Source of the DNA: Macrostomum lignano
Lineage: Eukaryota
Length of the DNA: 64,000 nucleotides
Direction of reading: 5' to 3'
Assembly: GCA_002269645.1 (NCBI GenBank)
Contig: NIVC01000558.1
Location: forward strand, 472,261-536,260
Position numbers and translations under genes: made by a program. Shown here in pieces: positions 9,916 to 21,086 of the stretch; position 1 is the first letter of the stretch; each line of letters opens with the position of its first letter. The notes below the pieces were generated by a model. It was given only the letters and a program-made list of their open reading frames with translations. It was not told the DNA's origin and did not search any database.

Positions 9916-12900
9916 ATGGCTAAACGCAGCGCCAACGCAACTGCTTTCCTGGCTGACAAGAGGCAACGTCTTTATGGTAAGTTTTAATTAATTTCTGTCT
10001 AGACTGTAGTTGCTAGGGTGGGGGTAGGGGCTGAGCAGCAGCAGCAGCTGCAGGGTCTGTGGGACCGCAGAGTAAACAACAAAGACTGCTGCGACAGCTG
10101 CAGGGGTCTAGACTGGAGTTGCTAGGGTGGGGTGCTGCGGCAGGGTCTGTAACAGAGAGTTGCAGGGGAGGGCTAGACAAGTTTCAGCCGGGTGTGTGCT
10201 GATAAGAAATTGCTGCTAGGGGGGTGTTGTCCAGACAGGCTGCAGCTGGGGTGCAAATTGCTGCGACAGAGAGTTGCAGGGGTGAGTAAACAAAGACTGG
10301 GGTGGGGGGGTTGTCTAGACAGGGAGGGGTGTGCTGATAAGAAATTGCTGCAAAAACAGACAGTTGCTAGGGTGCTGCGGCAGATAAGAAATTGCTGCAG
10401 AATCGTTGGGGCAGGCTAGACAAGTTACAGCCAGGTGGGGGCAGAGAGTTGCTGGGACTGTGTAGCGCGGGGACAGACTGATAAGAAATTGGCAGGGGCG
10501 CTACCCAGACAGGCTGCAGCTAGGTGCAAATTGCTGCGACAGAGAGTTGCAGGGGTGAGTAAACAAAGACTGCTGCGACAGGCTGCAGCGGGGGTGCAGA
10601 TAAGAAATTGCAGAGAGTTGCTGCGGGGACAGCAGAGTAAACTCTGTTAAGAAATTGCTGGGGCTAGGGCGGGGAAACACGCTGGGGCCAGGAAAATGAC
10701 AGATTCTTCTGGTTTTTTATCTCCTTGTGTTTTTTCAGACGCGTTTGTCCCGCCAACACAGCCGGAATCTGTTACCGGACCGGGTGAGTTATCCAGCCCC
10801 CCATTTCCCACACAGACCCTAGCTGACTCACACTCCCCCATTCCCCCCATGCAGGTTTTACGGCCAGGCTGGATAATCAGCGTGACCTGCCCAAGTTTAG
10901 GGCAAAGGGTGTCGAGTATGTGGTGCATATTACCAACACCGAAGATTTGCGGGAGGTGTTTGCTGACATGCTCGAAGTTTTCAAGCAAGATTTGGCTGGT
11001 GATGACTTTATGGCCGCGAAATTCGAGAGCGATAACATGCTCAAAGCGGCTCATACTCCCCCGGTGCGTGCAGCCCGCATGACAGCAGAGTTGTTGTTTA
11101 AGCACATTGACAAGATTGTACAGTCGGATGCCACTGTCCTGACGGGCAACTTTTCTATCCGGTTGCTAAAGGCCTGGGTGCCTCGAGGTGGATGTGCTCT
11201 CGAGAACAAGCATCTAGAAGAGCGGCACGCCTTCTCCCGGCACTATGTCCGCATCAACAACACGGACAAGAGATGCTTGCTGCGCGCTCTGGTCGTGGCC
11301 TGCGCCTACCTGCAATTCGTGGCCAAGTCCATCACCAAGCGGGTGTGGCACACAATCAAGGCCAATTCGCCCACGCAGACTAAGCTGGTGGCTGAGCTAC
11401 AAATCGAAGCTGGCCTCTACACGGTAAGTTGTGTACCGATAAGAATTTTTACACAGTATCGTGGAATACTAAAATTTTCTGATAAGAATTTTTACGATAA
11501 GGAATACTAAAAGAATTTTTACACAGTATCATGGAGTACTAAAAGATATATTTTCTGATAAGAATTTTTACACAGTATCATGGAATACTAAAATTTTCTG
11601 ATAAGAAATTTTACGATAAGGAATACTAAAAGAAATATTTTACCCTCCACACAGACTCTTCAAACCGTCTCGCAGGCTGGTCCTTTCGGCGTGGATGCAC
11701 TGCCCGAAGCGATCCGTGCCCTGAACCGGCTGCATCCGGGCGCGATTTTGGTGTACGCGTGTACCGCGCAGAGGAGGCCAACAGGTGCATCTTCAACCTG
11801 CCTGGCACCGAGATTCTGCACCTACACCTGGTCGAGCAGCACTTTAATGTGGTTACCAAGCTGCCTGCGTTTTTCGGCAGCCACCACTACTGCCCCAAGT
11901 GCGAGATGGCCTATGATAGCGAACCCGCCAAGCACAAGTGCGCTGATGCCTGCAGTACATGCAAGACTCCGGGCTCCAACTGTAAGGCAAACCGCGCATA
12001 TGTAAGATGCCATGATTGCGGGCTAAATTGCTATAATGCTCAGTGCCTAGAAAATCACAAGCGCAAGAATAAGGCCGGCAGATCGCGCTGTGATTCGGTC
12101 CACGTTTGCGACACGTGTGGCTATCTAGAAGAACTAAAAGTAGGCCAGCCCCCTGAGCATCAGTGTGGTTACGCCAAGTGCCCAGTCTGCAAGCAGTACG
12201 ACGAAACTGCCACCCACGAGTGCTTTGTCACCCCGCCCAAAGCCAAAGAGTCTAGCGCCCCGTATGTTTACTATGATTTCGAGACGTACGTGGACTCTGG
12301 CAAGCAGCACCGGGTACACTTGGTTACGGCTGCCACCTCCTGCGAGGCGTGTCCCAAACTCTTCCCCAGGCCCCGCTGCAGCGCGTGCGGGGGACTACAC
12401 AGCTCAGCCAATTGCATTGCGGGACGCGATTTGGCACTCGATTTCACGAGCTGTGTCTCGCACAATGACTGTGCCTGTGGGATGCGAGAGTTTGTATCTG
12501 TCGGGCCGCACTCTATCGATGCCTTTTACTGCTGGCTGACTAGTGTGTTCAAGCAGGGGGCAATTGCTATTGCGCACAATGGCTCTGCGTATGACGCATT
12601 CCTCCTGCTCGGCGCCCTACTCAACGGACTGGCCAAGAAGAAGCCGCAAGTGATCTTCCAGAACAGCCGCCTAATGTATATGAAGTGCGACAAGATCACC
12701 TTCAAGGACAGCCTCAATTTCATCCCTATTGGTCTGGCGCAATTCCCAAAGGCGCTTGGTTTGGGCACCCAACTGACCAAAGGAGATTTCCCGCACGTCT
12801 TCAATCAGCCTCAAAATTGGGGGTACGTCGGTCCCTACTGCTCAATTGATATGTACGGCGGGAAGAAGAATAAGCAGCATGACTCCATCGCCGACTGGCT

Positions 12901-15015
12901 GGCCAAGCAGGAGGGACAGGTGTTTAATTTTAATAAGGAGTACCTGGACTACTGCCTGCAGGACACGTTAATTTTGCGGGAAGGCTGCCTGAAATATGCC
13001 CGCCTGATTAAGGACATTTGCGGACTGGACGCATTTGTTCAATCCAACACCATTGCGGGCTTGGCCATGTCGGTATTCACCACCAAGTTTATGGAGCCCA
13101 ACACTCTTGGGGTGATTTCCCGCCGGTCCGATGTACAGTCGCACAAGGCGCGGTGCTGGCTGGCACATTTAAATGCAACCGAGTTTGGCGGCCGGTTGCG
13201 GACAGCCGATTCTGGCGGCGAGGCTTTCGCCATGGGCCGTAAGGTCGACGGCTTCGACCCAGAGACCAGGACAGTGCTGCAGTTTCATGGCTGTTTCTTC
13301 CATGGCTGTCCCAAGTGCTTCCCCAACGGCGACGTGCTGCACCCGCTCAAGAACCAGCCAATGCGGGCAATTTATGAAGAGACGAGCGCTTCACCCGGCT
13401 GCTCTCCACTGCATACAATGTGCGTGTTCTGTGGGAGCACGACTATCAGGACGAGGGAGCGCCAGTCCAGCAGCCTATTCGCCTGGAGGAAGCCCTGTTT
13501 GGCGGCCGTACCGAGGCTTTTGTCCCGCACGCCGAGGCCACCGAGACTGTAGAGCTGCGCTATCGGGATGTGGTAAGTTTGTACACTTGTACACACACAG
13601 TTGACATGCGTTTGAGTTTATCTTATCCTTATCCCCTAGGTGTCGCTCTACCCGACTGTCAACAAGTTTGACAAGTACCCGGTCGGGCACCCGGTACACC
13701 ACCCCGAGCCTCATCTACTGGATGAGCTGCAGCTGGCCCGGTATTTTGGCATCGCCGAGGTGTCGATTCTGCCGCCAACCAATCTCCACATCCCGCTACT
13801 GCCCGCCAAGATTAACAAGAAGTTGGTTTTCGGCCTCTGCCGCGTCTGCATGGAGACCCAGTGCAGCAGCGAGTGTACACACACTGACGCTGAGAGAATG
13901 CTCCGCGGCACGTGGTCGACCCCAGAGCTCCACAAGGCCCTGCAGTTGGGTTACAAGCTGCAGTCAGTTCATGCCCTGGCCTATTGGACCGAGACTCGCA
14001 CGGGTCTGTTTGCAGATTATGTAAACACTTTTTTAAAGCTCAAAGCCGAGTCTAGCGGTTCGCCAGGGATGACTGAGGGCGCCAAGGCTGCCTACATGGC
14101 CAGCTTTTTCGAGCGCGAGGGCGTCCGGCTGGAAAAGGTGGAGGAGAATCCTGGCTTGCGCTTTGTGGCCAAGATTTTTCTAAACTCGTAAGTTTTTTCT
14201 ACTTGCAGTGGGGGCCGTGTTTTTCTACTTACAAAAAAAAATTTATTTTTCCCTGCAGGCTCTGGGGCAAATTCTGCCAGCGCGACGACCTGACCTCCAC
14301 AGAGATTGTGGACAGCTACGAGGCGTGGCTGCAGCGCCTGACCGACCCCTCGATCAAGGTCAAGTCGTGCGAGCCAATTGGGGAGAGCTTCATGATGCTC
14401 GAGTACAAGCCCCGATTTGGCGGTGCTGGCGAGCGGGCGTTCAAGTACGCTAATGTACCTATTGGCGTTTTCACCACCTCCCACGCCCGGCTGCGACTCT
14501 ACGAGGCTCTGGAGGGCCTAGGAACCCGCGTCATTTACGCCGATACCGATTCGTAAGTAATTTTTCCACTGTCTCTGTCTCTCTTTCTCCCCTTAACACT
14601 TTATTCTCCTCCTTCTCCCAGGGTTGTATACCGCTGCTCCCCGGGCGAGTACGAGCCTCCGGGCGGTTCGAGTTTGGGGCAGTGGACTGACGAGGTACCT
14701 GCTGGCTGCCGCATGGTACAGTTCACCACGGGAGGCCCCAAGCTCTACCGGTACTTAGTGGAGAAGCCCGACGGGTCGCTGTACTCGGTGCTCAAGTGCA
14801 AGGGCATCAGAGTCACCCCCGAGATTTCCGAGCGCGAGGACGAGCTGCAGGAAATTCTGCGCCACGGCGGGACTGTACGCCTGCCCCAGGCCCAGTTCAG
14901 GCGCGATAAGGCCAGCTGTACAATCCGGACCCTCGAGATGGACAAGACTTTCCAGCGAGTAATGACTAAGAGGGTGTATGGGGCCGCCAGCCGTCCGTAT
15001 GGCTTTCGTGAGTGA
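9916..15015 (+). CDS. pPolB: Protein-primed family B DNA polymerase (Polinton type), 7 exons: 9916-9976, 10739-10783, 10855-11423, 11676-13572, 13640-14187, 14259-14552, 14622-15015
   Basis: ExoI YYDFET, ExoII IAHNGSAYD, FKDSLNF, ExoIII YCLQDTLIL, ALFGGRTE; motif A YRDVVSLYP, motif B KIFLNSLWGKF and motif C YADTDSV are restored only by splicing GT-AG introns; all intron phases match. Exons total 3808 nt, plus 2 missing G = 1270 codons. Confidence 0.93.
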
Positions 15016-15369
15016 GTGAAAGATAAGGATCTGTCTTTGCACGCCTGGGATTCCCCTATGTGCCCACTTGGGATCCCTTGACTCGTGGGGATGAAAATGG
15101 TTTTACGCCCGCACTGTACTTAGGGGTCCTTACTCATTTGGCGCCTCCACTGTACATTGAGCGGGATCCCCTCAAGTGTTAAAACTCCCATTTGACACCT
15201 ATTCCCTCGGGGCGGTTTGTGGCCCAGCGGTCCGCCTCTTGGAGTAGAACTCCTGACATGAACTTGCTGCGCTGATTAGCGTACTGATAGCGCAATCGAA
15301 ATACGTCCATTTTTCTAGCCCACTTGTGGGTTTAATTGTGTTGAAAGTATATCGGGTCATTAGGCCGTG

Positions 15370-16290
15370 AACCTCCCTTTTGGGATTTCCCCGAACCGCT
15401 TTTGTTTAAAATTTTTATGCACCTGCGGGTTAGACAATATTTACTCTTTAGTCGGTGTGACATTATTTACGCGTCTGTTGCACCTGGGCGTTTGCCTATA
15501 ATCTGATTATACATGCGCACCTGCATTATACAACTACGCCTTATGCATGCCTTGTAAACCCGCTTTATACATTAATCCGATATGTATCGAAAGTACACTT
15601 TGTAAACCTGCTGTGTGTGTGTGTATTTCCACCTATGTAGCGCCTACAGTACCTGCTTTGTCTATTTCTGCCCATACACCTACATTGTGTGTTTTTGCTG
15701 CTCATATGCTCCAATATGTACATTTTAATATGCAATATGCGTCATTATTCACCTACCAATATGTTTTATCTACATTTTTATGTAAATATACTCAATTTCA
15801 CCTACTATAAGTAGTTTTCACTAGCCTAATATCGTTGACTACATATCGGGAGAGTGGTAGAGTGTACATATCGGTAGAGTGTACACTCGGGGTGCCTGCG
15901 GCTCGGTAGAGTGTACACTCGGGGTGCCTGTGGCTCGGTAGAGTGTACACTCGGGGTGCCTGCGGCTCGGTAGAGTGTACACTCGGGGTGCCTGCGGCAT
16001 GGGCGCCTGCGGCTCGGGAGGGTGCGCTTGGGATCTGATTGATTTGGGATCTGATTGATTTATTGGGATCTAATATCGGTAGGTGCGCCTGCGGCTGGGG
16101 AGGGTCGCCGGTGGCTGGGGAGGGTCGCCTGCGGCGCTTGGCGCCACGCGCCTGCGGCGCGCGCGCGCCGAGCGCCGATATCGATACGGGTATCGATCAC
16201 CTAGTGATCGGGGCGCCAGCCAATGAGAGGCGAGGAGGGTTGACACCCACCTCACCTCCAAAATCGCGCCATACGGGTTCATATAGTAGT
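15370..16290 (-). repeat. Right terminal inverted repeat (921 bp)
   Basis: Mirror of 6776-7696; ends ...GGTTCATATAGTAGT followed by TSD CATGAG. Confidence 0.95.
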
Positions 16291-16689
16291 CATGAGGGAC
16301 TCTGACAGTTCTAATTAGTTTTTAATAGCTCTAATAAATTAACTCGACATGCTGGTTGTGCCAAAACACGGGGCCATCATTTAATTGCTCTATAGCTCTA
16401 GGTAAGTCTAGGAGTCTGAATTGAATTACGAGGTATTTTCACTTGACGACCGTCCAAGTCAACAAATCCGACTAAGTGATCGACTTTTTAATTTATTAGA
16501 TGCTGTTTATTTCAGTTTAATTGCGACAACTCAACCAGTTTGGATAATTATTCTGTAGCTGGTTTTATTAACAAATTCTCCCTTGCTTCAACACTCTGCC
16601 TTTTGCCATTGAAAATATGAAATCAAAGGTCGAAAAACAGACCTAAGGCAAGGGCTACTAAAGTAGAAGGACGCCACACTCGAAATCTA

Positions 16690-17135
16690 TGAAAAAATGT
16701 TTTGAAGGCCATTTTTCTCCGAAAAATACACTAAGGAGATAGAAAGTTTTAATTTTTGTCAGCACAAAATTGCTAATTGCTTTCGATAGTTCATATTTTG
16801 ATATGTTGTGCCTTTTTCATAGCTCTATTGATATTCATAAAGCTTTTCGTTAAAAAAAATAGAACTCTGTGTCAATTTTTTATTTAATGTACATTTCCTT
16901 TCACCTAAAAATCATAAAAATGCGTGGCACAGCTCGAATCTAGAATCCTAATTTTCTGAACGTAAAGCTTTATGAATGTCAATAGAGCTAAGTAAGGCAC
17001 AGCATATAAAAAAAATAAACACTGGGTCTGTCTCCTATCGAAAGCAATAACGAATTTTGTGCTGAAAAAATGAAAGCTTCCTATCTCCGTAGTGTATTTT
17101 TCGGCGAAAATAGGCCTTCAAAACTTTTCCCATGA
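16690..17135. mobile_element. AT-rich palindromic (foldback/MITE-like) repeat; related arms at ~55590-55845 and ~60250-60435
   Basis: GTTTTGAAGGCC...AAAATACACTAAGGAGATAG...CAGCACAAAATT...TTGCTTTCGATAG pairs with its reverse complement at ~17035-17124; the same motifs recur at 55.6 kb and 60.3 kb. Confidence 0.65.
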
Positions 17136-18105
17136 AACGTGAGTGTCGCGTCCTGTACATACGTTGCTTTAGTTGTCATTGACCTAAGGTATAGCGACAC
17201 AATGCCAGATTCTTGACTGATTGCAACCATAAGCCATAAGTCAGTTCTCAAAAGCCGATCAGCTGCAGAAGCCGCTATCAGCCAATTGAGCCCATTTATA
17301 GCCCAGCTCTTCGAGTTGGTGTCGGTGCCCGTTCCAGAGCCAGTCCAAACAGAGCCACAAGGCAACTGCCACTCGCTCCTCCTGGGGGTCAGTGGACTGA
17401 AGCAAAACGAGTGTGAAAGCGGTTTTTACAAATCGAAGGTTATATGTATGAATTATGAGTTCTTGGCTCACAGAATCAATGCATGAGGCCGCCGAGGGTT
17501 CTGTCTGTTCATCCTGGTTCCTCTTTGTGCGTTGAGTATCGGAGGACCTGATCAGGAGTCAATTTGACTGTTCCTTAAGGACTCTGATGGTGATTCTTGT
17601 AGTGCTAATTAACTCTGCTTAGCTTTAAAAAAGTCGTCCAGTCTAGATTCTGAGTACTCTGCATTCGTATCTATCAGATAGATTGGGGGTGTTGTAGTTG
17701 AGCGGAGAATGTCTACAGTCAAGTCTGTTTTCGATTCTGAGACAGCTGCCAGAGGGTTGAGCCATAGACTAAGTTTCATGAGAAGAAGATCTTGTAGATG
17801 TCCTTGGAAGACAGTGAAAGATAATTAGACGTTTTCACTTTAATCTAATGAGGGACGATACAGAGTTTTGTTTACAAAGCACTCTGATCTGCTTACTACG
17901 TCCATGCAGATAATCTTTCTACCAACTTTTTATATTTGTCAAGATTATAGATGAGTATGGGAAATTCGAGACTAAATTTTATTTATTGATTCCCTGAAAA
18001 ATTATTGTTCACGTCTCATTTTCTTGTAATAGAAGTTCGGTTTATTCACACTACTCAGACTCAAAAGCTTTCCTTACTAACAAACTGTGTAACCACACTG
18101 TGTAC

Positions 18106-18480
18106 TCACTGAGGTTTAAAGCCTTCCTCTTTCTTGCACGGCTGCAGGCACTCTCGCAGCACAAGCCACTGAGCCAGACGAACGGCTACCAGCAACGGTA
18201 GACGCCTCATCTCCGTTCTACTCAGAGGCAACTCAGACAAAAATCCTCGGATTAGCGGTCCAACCACGGATCGAAACGGATCTACGATTGCCGGCGAGTG
18301 AGCACTCGACAGTTGGAGAAGCCTTCTACTGGCCAGCACGACTAGCAGAGCCAAGTCGAAGGACCCCCGTCCGGAGACGGACTGCAGCCACGGTCGGACT
18401 GTCTCCGCGCTCTCGATTGTGGCAGACGGTTTGGTGATGTTGTCAACACGTGGGTACTGCCACATGCCTGCTGCGTCCTC
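18106..18480 (-). CDS. Possible terminal exon of a hydroxylysine-kinase/APH-like phosphotransferase
   Basis: FDLA...LIRGFLSELPLSRTEMRRLPLLVAVRLAQWLVL resembles the HYKK C-terminus from memory; acceptor-like TCTCACTCCAG upstream; other exons not found. Confidence 0.3.
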   Translation of the reverse strand, partial: EDAAGMWQYPRVDNITKPSATIESAETVRPWLQSVSGRGSFDLALLVVLASRRLLQLSSAHSPAIVDPFRSVVGPLIRGFLSELPLSRTEMRRLPLLVAVRLAQWLVLRECLQPCKKEEGFKPQ

Positions 18481-20956
18481 TGGAGTGAGAGAAGAATCAA
18501 TTTTAGACTACGAGATACGATGAGCTATGGATTTTGAGACTATAAAATGATATTTTAACTGAATTTGTTAGAGTGTACTCTTTCATCCTTATGATGAGGA
18601 CGCACTTTTTCCCAAATCCCGCGCTAGCACATGGGCTCTAAACTTACTAGCCTACTGACAGCAGGCTAAGGGCATTTTTATCCTTTTTCTGCGAATTTTC
18701 ATAGAATCTATACTAGATATAATGTCTGGTCATACTAGTAGTCATAATAACATAGGCGCAGCTTTTTGGGTCATAAATCATCGCTTTCGAAGCTGGTCTG
18801 ACAGCCACCTGCGCTTCACTCAGTGTTGAGGCGGGCGCCAGATGTCTGAGAGGATGCGGGCGGTAGCTTTTTTCTCATCATTTTGACAGGCCATCAAGAT
18901 TTATGAGGTCAGAGCCTATTGTTCGTGTTCACTCAAGCGTGTGACAGCTTTGACAGCTATGCGTTTTACCCCTAAAAGTACTTTGGGATTAGCGATTAGC
19001 GATTTCTCTTCATTATCTTCACTTTCTATTTAATAAGAGCTTTCTAATGTATATTTTTTCATTAATTTCTGTCAATCCTACGCGAAAAGTCATAAATCAT
19101 TTTGTTGCGATTTTGAGTGATTTATGGCCGCACCTGTCATCTTTTTACGACCCTGTGGAAACTGATAGGATCTTTCGGTCACGTGATTCTGGGTAGCAAC
19201 AAGCTTAGCCAATCAGAAAATTCGGCGCTCATTTTAACAAAACGGCTCAGCCAATCAGAATCGACGTGTTCCATTATAACAAACTGCGGTCCAGTTGGCG
19301 GCTATTTAAACCGGTGTTTTTGGCCCGCTCGGACCGGTACCTGTTCCGACTCTGGCCTGGTTCCTACTCCACCGGCCCGGAACTGACCGTCGTTTCTTGA
19401 TCCCCGGATTGCGACTTCCCCCATCATCATCAAGGACGAGTCCCCGGTCATCAGCAGCGAACATCAAGTTAAGAGCATCACCTGCTAGCTAACAGCGAAG
19501 ATTGTGACAGCATCATCCCGAGTCTACAGCTGCAGAGCATCGAGCCGATTCGGTCACTGTGGATTACCTGGTCTCCGGCTGTTGAGTTTCTGATTGGTTG
19601 GGTGAGAGGCTACCTAGACAATTGCTTGATTGGGTGATCCCTTTTCTGTCCCCTGTTGCAGTAGCTGAATTAGGCGCACACTTTTGCTCATTTTGTTCAG
19701 CAGTGCTGTTGCTGAGGCAGAAATCATTCAATAATACTGCTAGTAGTCTAAGACTCTAATTCAATCTGAAGTGTGAAGTGAACTAAGGATAATGTTAAAT
19801 CTAACAGTTATTTTTATCGGTTTTATTTCTTTGTTCGCCGATGGCTCAGATGAGTAGCTAAGCTAGTAGGCGCCGGTCATAGTGGACCAATGGCAAGGCA
19901 GTTCTCAGTCGACCAATCTATCAAATCAGTGAGCAAAACTGCCAGAAGTGCAGAATCGGCGCCAGAGATGTACTTTGTGCACTCTAGGGTAGCCAAGCGG
20001 CTCGGGTAAATGAATCATGCGGTCTCTGAAGTTCGAGTTAGTCTATCATCAGCGCTATGAGAGGCTAGTTGGCGCGTTGAAGGCCAAAAGTACATATCTT
20101 CGTATTTAGCAATGTAATAGTACATGCAGCTACCCCATAGACTCGCCACCGCAAGAATCCCCTGCACAAGTCCCCTCTGTACCTGCATGGCCAATGCGAT
20201 CTAGTCCCAGCAGTGTCCGTTATCATCGGCTATGACTTCGAGATTGACAGCAAAAAGACACTAGTTGGCAGGTAAGTGCAAAGCCCCTTCTAGTCGGAAG
20301 CCCGATTTCGAGAGTCCCGGTGTGGTGAGCCAGGGCGCACGGGCTGGTGGCAGCAAGTTAGTTGATCTGCGGATTAGCTAATTTCTTCTTTCAAAATTCT
20401 CCCTGCTCGTCTCTCGCTGTCCCTCTCTTAGCTATAGGACCTAGACTGCTGGCCACACGATCAAGCTACCATGGGGCTGACCATCTGACAGGAGTAGGGG
20501 GCCAGGACTCTAATTGATTTATTTCTGAGCCTGAGGCCCGAAGGCTTCCCTAACAAGGAGCCCGAAGGTCGAAACCCATCACTTAAATAAAATTAGCTTA
20601 TTTACAATAAATTTGTTCAAATGATTATAGCTATCCAGTTTGCATGGGTAGTAGTACCGGATCCTGTAGACCAGATTTCCAAACATGTTGGCCCTGAAAT
20701 GCGACGCTTCCACGACACTGGCTAGTCAACAATTCAATGCACGCAAGAAGCAACCTATTATAAAGTTCATCCTGTCACTAAATTACAAGTAAAGGATGGA
20801 TGTCTTAGAATAGCATACTCGTAGAGTTAATCATTGTTAAAAAGCTATTAAAAGTACAGTGAAAGTGTAATTATTACTCAAATCAAAACTAAATACATTA
20901 ATTGATTACACCTGGCCTAATGGGCAGATGTGCACCAACAGCTCAGCCGCAGCTAT

Positions 20957-21086
20957 TGTGTGGCGCATCTGAAGGCAGAGTTAAGTGTCTTGCTCAAGGA
21001 CACAAATTGTTCCAGTGAGATCGGAAATCGAACTCCCGACCTTCAACTCGTGAGTGCGACGCTTTGACCCCTGGGCTGCAACCCCC
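20957..21086 (-). mobile_element. tRNA-derived CORE-type SINE, internally deleted copy
   Basis: Reverse complement of the 23863 copy head, then GTGTCCTTGAGCAAGACACTTAAC and the GCCTTCAGATGCGCC tail. Confidence 0.7.

Larger units (their letters stand above)
6776..16290. mobile_element. Minimal Polinton/Maverick-like element (pPolB + PC4-like SSB + unknown ORF; no integrase or capsid genes)
   Basis: 921-bp inverted repeats 6776-7696 and 15370-16290; CATGAG directly flanks both ends (6770-6775, 16291-16296); termini ACTACTATAT...ATATAGTAGT; internal protein-primed DNA polymerase B gene. Confidence 0.93.

Noticed and set aside
11750-13390. Programmed -1 ribosomal frameshifting in pPolB
   Set aside because: No X XXY YYZ slippery heptamer at either site; the same single-base-loss pattern occurs in unrelated host genes.
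6771-16295. Alternative boundary: G...C termini (6775/16291) with a 4-bp ATGA TSD
   Set aside because: Formally compatible because CATGAG starts with C and ends with G, but a 6-bp TSD and repeat-type terminus fit pPolB/Polinton biology better. Other insertions would decide it.
19230-19620. CCAAT/TATTTAAA-rich segment as a solo LTR or promoter
   Set aside because: No second copy, TG...CA ends, PBS or linked ORF could be established.
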